Source: Macrostomum lignano
Taxonomy: Eukaryota
Reading direction: 5' to 3'
Length of the DNA stretch: 64,000 nucleotides
Assembly: GCA_002269645.1 (NCBI GenBank)
Contig: NIVC01003997.1
Span: 1 to 64,000 of the forward strand
Shown here: positions 1 to 12,200 of the stretch, piece after piece
How the letters are laid out: every line of letters starts with the position of its first letter
How positions within the stretch are numbered: the stretch's first letter is position 1
The notes under the pieces: generated by a model
What the model was told of the DNA's origin: nothing
Databases searched by the model: none
What the model saw: only the letters and a program-made list of their open reading frames with translations
Position numbers and translations under genes: made by a program

Positions 1-61
1 AACACAGTACAGTGAGAAGTATTTGTCATTAATTTAAAACAAAAACCCAAAAAAATTGTAG

Positions 62-2726
62 GCAGCCAGTCTTTCTCGAGGCGACATCCATTTGCTTGCT
101 GGCTGGCCAGTATGCTCATGTGCTTTGCTGGCCCAATCATTGCCAACTGCCTGCTTGGCTCAATTGTTGCTCCATTCAGGAATAACCGCGACATTTTGTT
201 AGCCACGGCTGTCTGGTGAGGCAGCGGTTTTTTTGTGATTTTGTGTCACGGCGACTGGGATGAATCTGCAAACTGATAATTGAATTGCTTGCATTCTATT
301 TTACTGTTGTCAGGTACATTATCAACTACATGCCATGGGACCTGGCATACAGAGCCAGCAAGTTTGTGCCAGTGCACACCGTCATCTGCCTGATGAAGGA
401 GCTGCAACGAGCCAGGAAAATTTCTGACGGAGTCGCTTTCGCTTACAAGCTGAACCCGAGAGCCTACCTGGTTGTGCTTGCTATCGGCGTTGTCAAGGGT
501 GAGGGCGAGTTATGGAAGTATGGAACTCTGTGTCTGACTGTCTCTGTGTCTGTCTGTCTCTGTGTCTGTCTGTCTCTGTGTCTGTCTGTCTCTGTGTCTG
601 ACTGTCTCTGTGTCTGACTGTCTCTGTGTCTGACTGTCTCTGTGTCTGACTGTCTGTCTCTGTGTCTGACTGTCTCTGTCTCTGTGTCTGTCTGTCTCTG
701 TGTCTGACTGTCTCTGTGTCTGTCTGTCTGTCTCTGTGTCTGACTGTCTCTGTGTCTGACTGTCTCTGTGTCTGACTGTCTCTGTGTCTGACTGTCTCTG
801 TGTTTGACTGTCTCTGTGTCTGACTGTCTCTGTCTCTGTGTCTGTCTGTCTCTGTGTCTGACTGTCTCTGTGTCTGACTGTCTCTGTCTCTGTGTCTGTC
901 TGTCTCTGTGTCTGACTGTCTCTGTGTCTGACTGTCTCTGTGTCTGACTGTCTCTGTGTCTGACTGTCTCTGTGTCTGACTGTCTCTGTCTCTGTGTCTG
1001 TCTGTCTCTGTGTCGGACTGTCTCTGTGTCTGTCTGTCTCTGTGTCTGACTGTCTCTGTGTCTGACTGTCTCTGTGTCTGACTGTCTGTCTCTGTGTCTG
1101 ACTGTCTCTGTGTCTGTCTGTCTCTGTGTCTGACTGTCTCTGTGTCTGTCTGTCTCTGTGTCTGACTGTCTCTGTGTCTGAATGTCTCTGTGTCTGACTG
1201 TCTCTGTGTCTGTCTGTCTCTGTGTCTGACTGTCTCTGTGTTTGAATGTCTGTGTCGGTCTGTCTATCTGTCTGCCTGTCTGTCTGTCTGTCTGACTGGC
1301 AGCCTGTCCATCGCTCGTCTATAAGTAGTTGTTTTTTGTCTTTCTGTCTGCCCGTCTTCCTGAATGTCTATTATGTCTGTGTGTATGTCTGACATACCTA
1401 GTTTTGTCTATTTAGTATTTTATCCAGCTTCCATACGTCTTGGTTTGTGAGCCATGAGCCAATCTTCATTTGTTTGCCAATTTTACGTATTGCAGGTTCC
1501 GGCTACCTAGAGATGAAGCTATTCGAGAGGCTGGTCCGAGGCCTCTGGCTGCCCGCTTCTAACGAGTGCCTGAAGCCCTGCTTGTAAGTTAGAGTTTCTA
1601 TTTCTCTACGGTATTGAAATATTGAACACTATTCATGTGCTTTTTTTCATAATTTCGGCCTGTTGGAAATGACCCATTTGTGTATTTTTTCTACTGCAGC
1701 ACCACAAAGGCCAGCTGCCTCATTGCGGCCGCCTTTCTACTAGAGAAGCTCGGCCGGCTGCCCTGCTCACACGATGGCGCCTTTCTGGCCGCTGTGCTTT
1801 CTCTGTTCTGCTTCAAGTGAGCGACAAATGTTTTTTAAAAGCGCTCTCTGTGCTTATATACCCAACGGTAGTCTTGAACCTCCTCTGGTACTGTAATCCC
1901 TCTTGGTATTGAGAGGAATTCTCTTTGGTAGCCAAACGAATCCCGTTTTTAGTTGGGTAATCCACCCTCATTCGTACTAAAGGGGATACATATTGGTAGT
2001 CAGTGGAACGCCTATTAGTACATGGGGATTCTCATGGATAGTTAGAGAATTTCTATCTTGTTAGTCGAGGGAATACCATGGTAGTCGGGGATTCTTATTT
2101 GCATGGGGAGGGGGAATCCCAATTTTGGTCAAGGGAATCCCCATTGGTGGTTAAGTATTCCCCATTTGTGGTCAGGGCCGGAATCCTATTGGTGGTTAAT
2201 GGAATCCCGATTGTTGATCTGGGAAATTCCCATTGGTGGTCAGGGGAATCCCCATTGGTGGTCAAGGGAAATCCCCATTTGTGGTCAGGGGAATCCTCCT
2301 TTGTGGTCAGGGGAATCCCCATTGGTGGTCAAGGGAATCCCCATTTGTGGTCAGGGGAATCCCCATTGGTGGTCAGGGAAATCTTATTTTTTGTCATTTG
2401 AGGGAAGCATCATTGGCTATTCTAATCTTAACACGCAAGAAAAAAACTGCATCTTTTTAAAATTCTCCCTTCTTTCCAGGCTGGCCTCCAAACTGCTGCA
2501 CATCCACGATCCTTTCCGGCCATTTGAGAGCGTCTTCTGCACCGTCCTCCTTGGCGGCCTGGTTGACGCCATACGCCGCGCAGCCGAGAGCTCCCCGGCT
2601 ACGGCCGCGGTGCCTGCCACCGGAAAGACATCAGGCGGGCAGCAGCAGCACCAGCAGCAGAAAGATGTTAGCGATGGAACAGCTAACGGCTTGGCCAGAG
2701 ACAAGGAGCAGAAGAAGAACGATTAA
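62..2726 (+). CDS. TMEM38: Trimeric intracellular cation channel TRIC/TMEM38; partial (5' exons upstream of window). Exons 62-215, 314-498, 1496-1583, 1700-1816, 2480-2726
   Basis: Spliced translation [17 protein letters not shown]...LLATAVW|[10 protein letters not shown]...[10 protein letters not shown]...GVVKG|[25 protein letters not shown]|TTKASC...FK|[16 protein letters not shown] matches TRIC motifs. All junctions are GT-AG with consistent phases; stop at 2724-2726. Confidence 0.93.
525..1295. repeat. Intronic GTCT-derived tandem array (about 16-bp unit GTCTCTGTGTCTGACT)
   Basis: Directly visible; fills TMEM38 intron 499-1495. Confidence 0.95.
2040..2385. repeat. Intronic minisatellite, about 21-22-bp unit GGGAATCCCCATTGGTGGTCA
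   Basis: Directly visible in TMEM38 intron 1817-2479. Confidence 0.9.
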
Positions 2727-3116
2727 GATGAGCAAATCGACTTCTCGGAAACTTTTAACCGTTGTTATCTGTTGGTTATGTTCTGGTCTGTGAGAGTTAA
2801 TTGGCCGGTCAATCAGTGTTTAAACCAGCCCAATTTTTATTGGCTTTTGTCAGTAATTCTAGTCTAGTAGTCTACAATGTATTTGTAGTATTGAATTCGA
2901 CCTTCGCTAATGAATCTGCATAGCGGTATTATATTATTTGTATTGTTCGTCTGAAATGAACGAATAGATGCTTGTTAGCTTGGAAGCAAGCTCGGTACCA
3001 TTTAACCTTCTTTCTGACTGCCGACTTTCAGCCCCTAATTTTTTTAGTCACCATACGAACACTTATGATTACGAATTTGCAAATCAAATCAGTCTCAATC
3101 ATTTAAAGTCGAATGC

Positions 3117-4703
3117 TCACCCCACTCCGTCTCTCTAACCCCTTGGGTACTCTACACTCGCCCACCCCACTTCGTCTCTCTAACCTCTTGCGTACTCTAC
3201 AGTCGCCCACCCCACTTCGTCTCTCTAACCCCTTGCGTACTCTACAGCCGCCCACCCCACTCCGCCTCTCTAACCCCTTGCGCACTCTACAGCCACCCAC
3301 CCCACTCCGCCTCTCTAACCCCTTGCGTACTCTACAGCCACCCACCCCACTCCGCTTCTCTAACCCCTTGCGTACTCTACAGCCGCCCACTCCACTCCGC
3401 CTCTCTAACCCCTTGCGTACTCTACAGCCGCCCATCCCACTCCGCCTCTCTAACCCCTTGCACACTCTACAGCCACCCACCCCACTCCGCCTCTCTAACC
3501 CCTTGCGTACTCTACAGCCACCCACTCCACTCCGCTTCTCTAACCCCTTGCGCACTCTACAGCCACCCACCCCACTCCGCCTCTCTGACCCCTTGCGTAC
3601 TCTACAGCCGCCCACTCCACTCCGCCTCTCTAACCCCTGCGTACTCTACAGCCGCCCATCCCCACTTCGCCTCTAGCCCCTTGCGTACTCTACAGTCGCC
3701 CATCCCCACTTCGCCTCTAGCCCCTTGCGTACTCTACAGTAGCCCATCCCCACTCCGCCTCTCTAACCCCTTGCGCACTCTACAGCCACCCACCCCACTC
3801 CGCTTCTCTAACCTCTTGCGCACTCTACAGCCACCCACCCCACTCCGCCTCTCTGACCCCTTGCGTACTCTACAGCCGCCCACTCCACTCCGCCTCTCTA
3901 ACCCCCTGCGTACTCTACAGCCGCCCATCCCCACTTCGCCTCTAGCCCCTTGCGTACTCTACAGTCGCCCATCCCCACTTCGCCTCTAGCCCCTTGCGTA
4001 CTCTACAGTAGCCCATCCCCACTCCGCCTCTCTAACCCCTTGCGCACTCTACAGCCACCCACCCCACTCCGCTTCTCTAACCCCTTGCGCACTCTACAGC
4101 CACCCACCCCACTCCGCCTCTCTAACCCCTTGCGTACTCTACAGCCACCCACCCCACTCCGCCTCTCTAACCCCTTGCACACTCTACAGCCACCCACCCC
4201 ACTCCGCCTCTCTAACCCCTTGCGTACTCTACAGCCACCCACCCCACTCCGCTCTCTAACCCCTTGCGCACTCTACAGCCACCCACCCCACTCCGCCTCT
4301 CTGACCCCTTGCGTACTCTACAGCCGCCCACTCCACTCCGCCTCTCTAACCCCTGCGTACTCTACAGCCGCCCATCCCCACTTCGCCTCTAGCCCCTTGC
4401 GTACTCTACAGTCGCCCATCCCCACTTCGCCTCTAGCCCCTTGCGTACTCTACAGTAGCCCATCCCCACTCCGCCTCTCTAACCCCTTGCGCACTCTACA
4501 GCCACCCACCCCACTCCGCTTCTCTAACCCCTTGCGCACTCTACAGCCACCCACCCCACTCCGCCTCTCTGACCCCTTGCGCACTCTACAGCCACCCACC
4601 CCACTCCGCCTCTCTGACCCCTTGCGTACTCTACAGCCGCCCACTCCACTCCGCCTCTCTAACCCCCTGCGTACTCTACAGCCGCCCACCCCACTCCGCC
4701 TCA
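3117..4703. repeat. Intergenic 45-bp minisatellite (CCCCACTCCGCCTCTCTAACCCCTTGCGTACTCTACAGCCACCCA) with higher-order blocks
   Basis: Directly visible; the 15-codon periodicity of the overlapping ORFs confirms a 45-bp unit. Confidence 0.95.
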
Positions 4704-5365
4704 ACCATTTTCGCCACTTATTGATCATGGCTAGCTCGTAACAGTGCAAATTTCCTTGTTCATTTTTCAAGGCTACGCAATCGATCGTAGCGGGGCTAAA
4801 GTCCGAAATCTGGCCCAATTTGCCAGCAAGTTCGATCCTCGCATTATTTTCATGCAACATCTTGCTGCTTTCGATATTTATTGTTCGTTTCTTTTTTTCT
4901 AATCATTTTCTAGTTTAGCAGACCGCTGTTCATTGTTGTACTTTAAAAATGAGTTTCGAATAAAAATTTTCGATAACATTTTTGACTAATTTTGTTAGTT
5001 ATCGACCGAAGCTTCTAGTACTTTTAGTCAGTATGACCTCGCCACACCTGTTTTTGGCACATGCCTTTTGCTGTGTACACCTGTCGCTTTTGATCGCATT
5101 ATGTTTGTGTGTGGGTGTGGTAGCTTTTTACCCGTGTTTTTTAGTCATATCCTACAGCAGGCATATCAACCAGTATTAGTTTGCAGTATTAGACAGTCGC
5201 GCATGCAGTGCATCTACTTGCTTACCCGTCTATACTGTAGTTTGTGGCCTTGCTTATTCTTTTCTTCCGGTTTCCTATCAGAACAATAAAACCTTTCTTT
5301 ACCCGAAGATTCTGCCGCTTTTTTGCTCATAGGCTTTGCGTTTTTATTCGCGATTACAGTGAAAT

Positions 5366-5998
<633 letters not shown>

Positions 5999-6233
5999 CT
6001 AGAATTCAGCAAGTCAGTATTCTCAGTTCCGAAGTTAATGTCAATGCTCCCACAGCTCTAGCATTTAACGGTCCCGTCTATTTGCATGCTGGTCAGATTC
6101 ATTGCACCGCCGAGCTCCCCAGCGTCAGAGTGAGTAGACAACAGCCCGACAGCACGGAGAGGAGAATCGCAGGACTCCGCCACCGCCTGATGCTCTTAAT
6201 CAGCAGCAGTGGCAGCCGCCCAGCTCAGCCAGG

Positions 6234-9200
6234 ATGAAGCGGGCTGAACCCAGCAGCAGCGGCGGCGGCGGCCCAGCCGCGGAGGAGTCGCTCATGACGG
6301 TAGTGCAGGACATGAGCCGCCAATTAGAAGAGAAAGCCGACCGATTAAATCTGCGCTCGTCAAGCGTCAGACGAATCATCAAGGAGGTGCTGAGCGATCA
6401 GGACGTGGTGAGCATGTTTCGCGAGTACCTCAGCTGCGACAAGCCGCCCGCTGCGGCCTACGAGCCGAAGCTCACCCGCAGTCAGGTGAAGCGGATCTGC
6501 TTGGACTCTGCTGCGGCCGCTTCGTCAGCTTCAGCTGTTGAAGCCAACGCCGATCGCGAGGACGCCGCCCTCGACGATAACGACAACGACGACAATGACG
6601 ATGAGGACGACGACGAAGAAGACGACGGAGATTATGTTGTGGCCGAGGACGAGGAGGACGACAAAGACGACGAAGAAGAAGACGAAGATGAAGACGATGA
6701 CGTCACTGTCGCAAATAAGTGCGGCGACAAAGACTTGCCAGCGACACCTGTCTCCGCTGCCGCCGACGACGACGCCGTCGCCGCCTCTGCGACCTACGCA
6801 ACTCGTTCGCGCTGTCCGATTCCGGACTTCTCTTGGGAGAAATACGAAGAGGCCATACTGAAGAGCGACTTCTATTTGGGCGACTTTGCTGTGAGCGTCT
6901 CTGGGTCTTTGAGAGGCCAATGTTCAGAACCTAGTGTCCCATCCTGAGGATCACCTGACAGGATCAAATAGGCGGTGTCCCATCCTGGGGATCACCTGAC
7001 AGGATCAAATAGGCAGTGTCCCATCCTGGGGATCACCTGACAGGATCAAATGTCCAGCTTCAGAATCAGGTGTCCCATCCTGGGGATCACCTGACAGGAT
7101 CAAATAGGCGGTGTCCCATCCTGGGGATCACCTGACAGCATCAGATAGGCGGTGTCCCATCCTGGGGATCACCTGACAGGATAAAATAGGCGGTGTCTCA
7201 TCCTGGGGATCACCTGATAGGATCAAATAGGCGGTGTCCCATCCTGGGGATCACCTGACAGCATCAGATAGGCGGTGGCCCATCCTGGGGATCACCTGAC
7301 AGCATCAGATAGGCGGTGTCCCATCCTGGGGATCACCTGACAGGATCAAATAGGCGGTGTCCCATCCTGGGGATCACCTGACAGGATCAAATAGGCGGTG
7401 TCCCATCCTGGGGATCACCTGACAGCATCAGATAGGCGGTGGCCCATCCTGGGGATCACCTGACAGCATCAGATAGGCGGTGTCCCATCCTGGGGATCAC
7501 CTGACAGGATCAAATAGGCGGTGTCCCATCCTGGGGATCACCTGACAGGATCAGATAGGCGGTGTCCCATCCTGGGGATCACCTGACAGGATCAAATGTC
7601 CAGCTCCAGAATCAGGTGTCCCATCTTAAGGATCATCGCATTTCATCCAGCTCGACGACGTGGACTTGGATGCCGATGCAGTGTCGGCTTCGATTCAGCC
7701 GTCCAGTCAGTCGCAGACGCAGCAGCAGCAGCCGCCGCCTCTGCTCTCGACGCCGCCGCCAAGCGGCGCGCCGTTGGACGACATCGGCGCGGTCAAAGCC
7801 GAGGACGCCGCCATCTTTGATGAGGACGACGTGGAGTTTCGTAATTTCCTACGCGACATCTATCTGGACCGCATCGAGGTGGCCGACCCGCCCAATGAGG
7901 CCGAGGAGGACGCCGATTTTAACGTGATGGCCGAGCCGGAGGAGGCGTACCAGGAGGACTTCGTTGAGGATCTGCGCTACAACCGGGCGTCTAGGATTCC
8001 CAAGCGGGAGGTTCGGGATTTGCTTGACGAGATTTGCAGCGACCTGGTGAGCTGGACGCGAACTGAACTTGGGATGGGGTAGGTGGATTGCTAGTCTAGT
8101 CTATTTTAAAAGAATTATAGTGGATTGCTAATCTAGCCAACTTAAAGAAATATTGATTGCTGGGGTTGCTAGTCTAGCCATCTCTTAGAGAGGTATCATG
8201 TATTGCTAGCCTATCCAACTTGTAAGGATACAATGGATTGCTAGCCTATCCAACTTGTAAGGATACAATGGATTGCTAGCCTATCCAACTTGTAAGGATA
8301 CAATGGATTGCTAGCCTATCCAACTTGTAAGGATACAATGGATTGCTAGCCTAGCCAACTTGTAAGGATACGATGGATTGCTAGCCAACTTGTAAGGATA
8401 TAATGGATTGCTAGTCTAGCCAACTTGTAAGGATATAATGGATTGCTAGCCTAGCCGACTTGTAAGGATATAATGGATTGCTAGACTAGCCAACTTGTAA
8501 GGATACAATGGATTGCTAGCCAACTTGTAAGGATATAATGGATTGCTAGCCTAGCCGACTTGTAAGGATATAATGGATTGCTAGCCAACTTGTAAGGATA
8601 TAATGGATTGCTAGCCTAGCCAACTTGTAAGGATATAATGGATTGCTAGCCTAGCCAACTTGTAAGGATACAATGGATTGCTAGCCTACCTGCGCCACTC
8701 GCACTAGCTCCTCAAGCCTCTCTCATCCCCTCTTCCCCAACAGTTCGACTCGCAGCTGTCCGCCGGCCGCCATCTCCAGCAGCAGGCCGGCGCGTCCTCC
8801 CCGCCCCAGCCGCTGTCCCAGGACGATCAGGAGGAGGCGACAGCCGAACCGGAGTGTTTGCTGCAGCCCTGCGCGGTGGAAGACCTCAGCCAGGAGCAGC
8901 GAGTGGAGCTGAGAAAGCAGCTCACAATGTACGTGCAGCTGTTATGCACCATGCGCATCACCTGCCATCAGCAGTCGCCTGAGCTGGCCGACTCGGCTAA
9001 GGTGCATCTCAACGAATTAAAGCTGCTAGCCGATGCTTACGAAGCCGCTAATCCGGCGAGTACTTCGATCCTGCGCGTGGCCAATCTCGATGGCGCCGTT
9101 TCGCTGGCTGACAATTTTGCCGGGCTCAGCGACACCGATCTGCTAGTGTGCTACAGCCGCCCCAGTCGCTCCCTGAGCTCCCGGTCCGACTGTACAGCTG

Positions 9201-12200
9201 ATGAATTAGCGGAATCTACTTATCTAATGCCGCCTCAGCTGTGCAACCTGTTCCTGACCTCTTCCGTGTTCCCCTACGCCCAGCTGTTCCCGCCCGGCAT
9301 GTCCGCCTCTGTTTGCCGGTCAAAGCGGACCGTCTTCACGCCTAGCGAGGACCGCCTGCTGCTGCTCGGCCTCACTCAGTTCGGTCATCGAAGAGACGTG
9401 TTCCAACTGATTAGCAAGTACACCATGCCCTGGCGCAGCCAGGTTGCTATCAGCGCCAGGTGTGTCTATTTGAGCAAGCTGCAATCTTTGCTGTTTAGAG
9501 ATTCGCTCTGTCCGGCTCGAGTGCTGACCAGGTGAGAATTATCTTATAGAATCAGATATAATCATTGGTAGGACCATTATCAGTGGGATCAATGTCTATG
9601 GGATCAATTTCTATGGGATCAGGACCTGTGGGATCAGGATCTGTGGGATCAATGTCTATTGGATCAGAATCTGTGGGATCAGGATCTGTGGGATCAGGAT
9701 CTGTGGAATCAGGATCTGTGGGATCAGGATCTGTGGTATCAGGATCTGTGGGATCAGAATCTGTGAAATCAATGTCTATGGGATCAGAATCTGTGGGATC
9801 AGAGTCTGTGGGATCAATGTCTATGGGATCAGAATCTGTGGGATCAATTTCTATGGGATCAGAATCTGTGGGATCAATTTCTATGGGATCAGAATCTGTG
9901 GGATCAATGTCTATGGGATCAGAGTCTGTGGGATCAATGTCTATGGGATCAGAGTCTGTGGGATCAATGTCTATGGGATCAGAGTCTGTGGGATCAATGT
10001 CTATGGGATCAGAATCTGTGGGATCAATGTCTATTGGATCAGAATCTGTGGGATCAGGATCTGTGGAATCAGGATCTGTGGGATCAGGATCTGTGGTATC
10101 AGGATCTGTGGGATCAGAATCTGTGGAATCAATGTCTATGGGATCAGAATCTGTGGGATCAGAATCTGTGGGATCAATTTCTATGGGATCAGAATCTGTG
10201 GGATCAATTTCTATGGGATCAGAATCTGTGGGATCAATGTCTATGGGATCAGAGTCTGTGGGATCAATGTCTATGGGATCAGAATCTGTGGGATCAATGT
10301 CTATGGGATCAGAATCTGTGGAATCAATGTCTATGGAATACCTTTGAGATCAAAATGAGTCACTGGGGATCAAAAGAATCCACGCCAACTCAAACCCGAA
10401 CAGATCCCTGATTATCAGCTGCCTACGCCGGCGACAGCACCTGCTCTCAGCCGCATCCCAGCCCCAAGCGGGCAAGTCCGCGGCCCCAAGCTCACCGCCG
10501 CCCGACTCTAAGCAGTCTGAGCCGGACTCAATCGATTTGAACTTTTGCCAATCCAACTGGATCAACTCCGTGCCGATTCTAACCGACTGCGTGCTGGACC
10601 GACCAGCCGACTGGTGCCACCTACCGCAGCTGTTCCGCCAGCACCTGCTGCTTGAGCGGCCCCGCCTTCGCGGCCAGCTGCTGAAACCAACGGAGCCGAA
10701 CCCGCTGGAGCGGGACACCGCCAATGATCAGGCTAACAAGCTGTTCAAACGCTGCCGGATACTGTTTAAAGATATGCGACACGAACGGCTGCTAGGCGTG
10801 CGACTGCTCTGGCGCGATCCTCAGATGGCCGCGGTTGTTCCGGCGTCGTTGAATCCGCCGCCGCAGTCGCTGCAGCGCCGACGCCGCGGTCCGAAGAGGC
10901 GGCGGGTTTCCGGCCACCCTATGACCATTCGGCAGGCCCTGCTGGCCAGCGGTCGCCGGCCGCACGACCGCTCGCCGACTCGACTGCTGATGCCACGGAT
11001 TTCGTCCGTGTCGGGCTCGCAGCAGCCGCCAGCCCAGCTGCCCTCCCCGCCCATCTTAGACACCGCTTCTGCAGAGTGCGCCAATCAGGTTAAGAAGAAA
11101 GTCAAAGACTACTTGCTGAGTAGAATGCGGATGAAGTCGGGCAATTTCTCTTCATCTGACATGCCGCCGCAGCCTCCGCCACAGCCTCCACCGCCGCCGC
11201 CGCCGCCACCGCCTGCCGTCATGGCGAAATCCTGCCGCTTAATTCTACCCAAGCCTCCGTCTGTGCAGGCGTCTACCGCCGACACTTGTCAAATTGCGTC
11301 GGATTTGATCCTGTCCGAGCTGCGCTCCCGGCGCAGGGATCAGCAGGTACAGCAGCAGCAGCAGCAGCAGGATATGCCAGCCCTAGTTCTAGCCCTGCAG
11401 TCGTCGCAAGCGTCATCGGCGTCTTCATCGTTGTTGTCGTTTCTATCAGGTCTGCAGGCGACCAACTGCATGGAGACGTCGATTAGTCCGCCGGCCGGCT
11501 GCAACGCCGACCTTCCGACCGACGACGCTATTACCATGGCGGCGCCAGCCGCGGCGGCTGACGACTATCAGATTCAGTCGCCGTTGCCGCCGCCTCCAGC
11601 GTCGATCGCTGCTGCAGAATTATCCATTGACACTAACCAGCCGCCAGCGACACAACCAAAAATGGAATTGGACGATGATGCAGTTATAGACGATAAAGAC
11701 GCTGTCGATTTATCGCCGGAGACCATACCGACGCTTAGTTGCTTGCCGTATCTGTCCGAGTTTTTGCAGTCTAACACCTTTAGAGAGCTGCGGCGCGGTC
11801 GGTAAGTATCCAGGGTGAGGAACGCTTCATAGGGATCAGGATTTGGGATCACAATCTGTGACCAGAATCCTGGGGATCAGAATTTGGGATCACAATCTAG
11901 GATCAGAATCCTGGGGATCAGGATTTGGGATCACAATCTGGGACCAGAATCCTGGGGATCAGAATTTGGGATCACAATCTAGGATCAGAATCCTGGAGAT
12001 CAGAATCCTGGGGATCAGAATCCTGGGGATCAGAATCCTGGGGATCAGAATCCTGGGGATCAGAATCCTGGGATCAGAATCCTGGGGATCAGAATCCTGG
12101 GGATCAGAATCCTGGGGATCAGAATCCTGGGGATCAGAATCCTGAGGATCAGAATCCTGGGGATCAGAATCCTGGGGATCAGAATCCTGGGGATCAGAAT

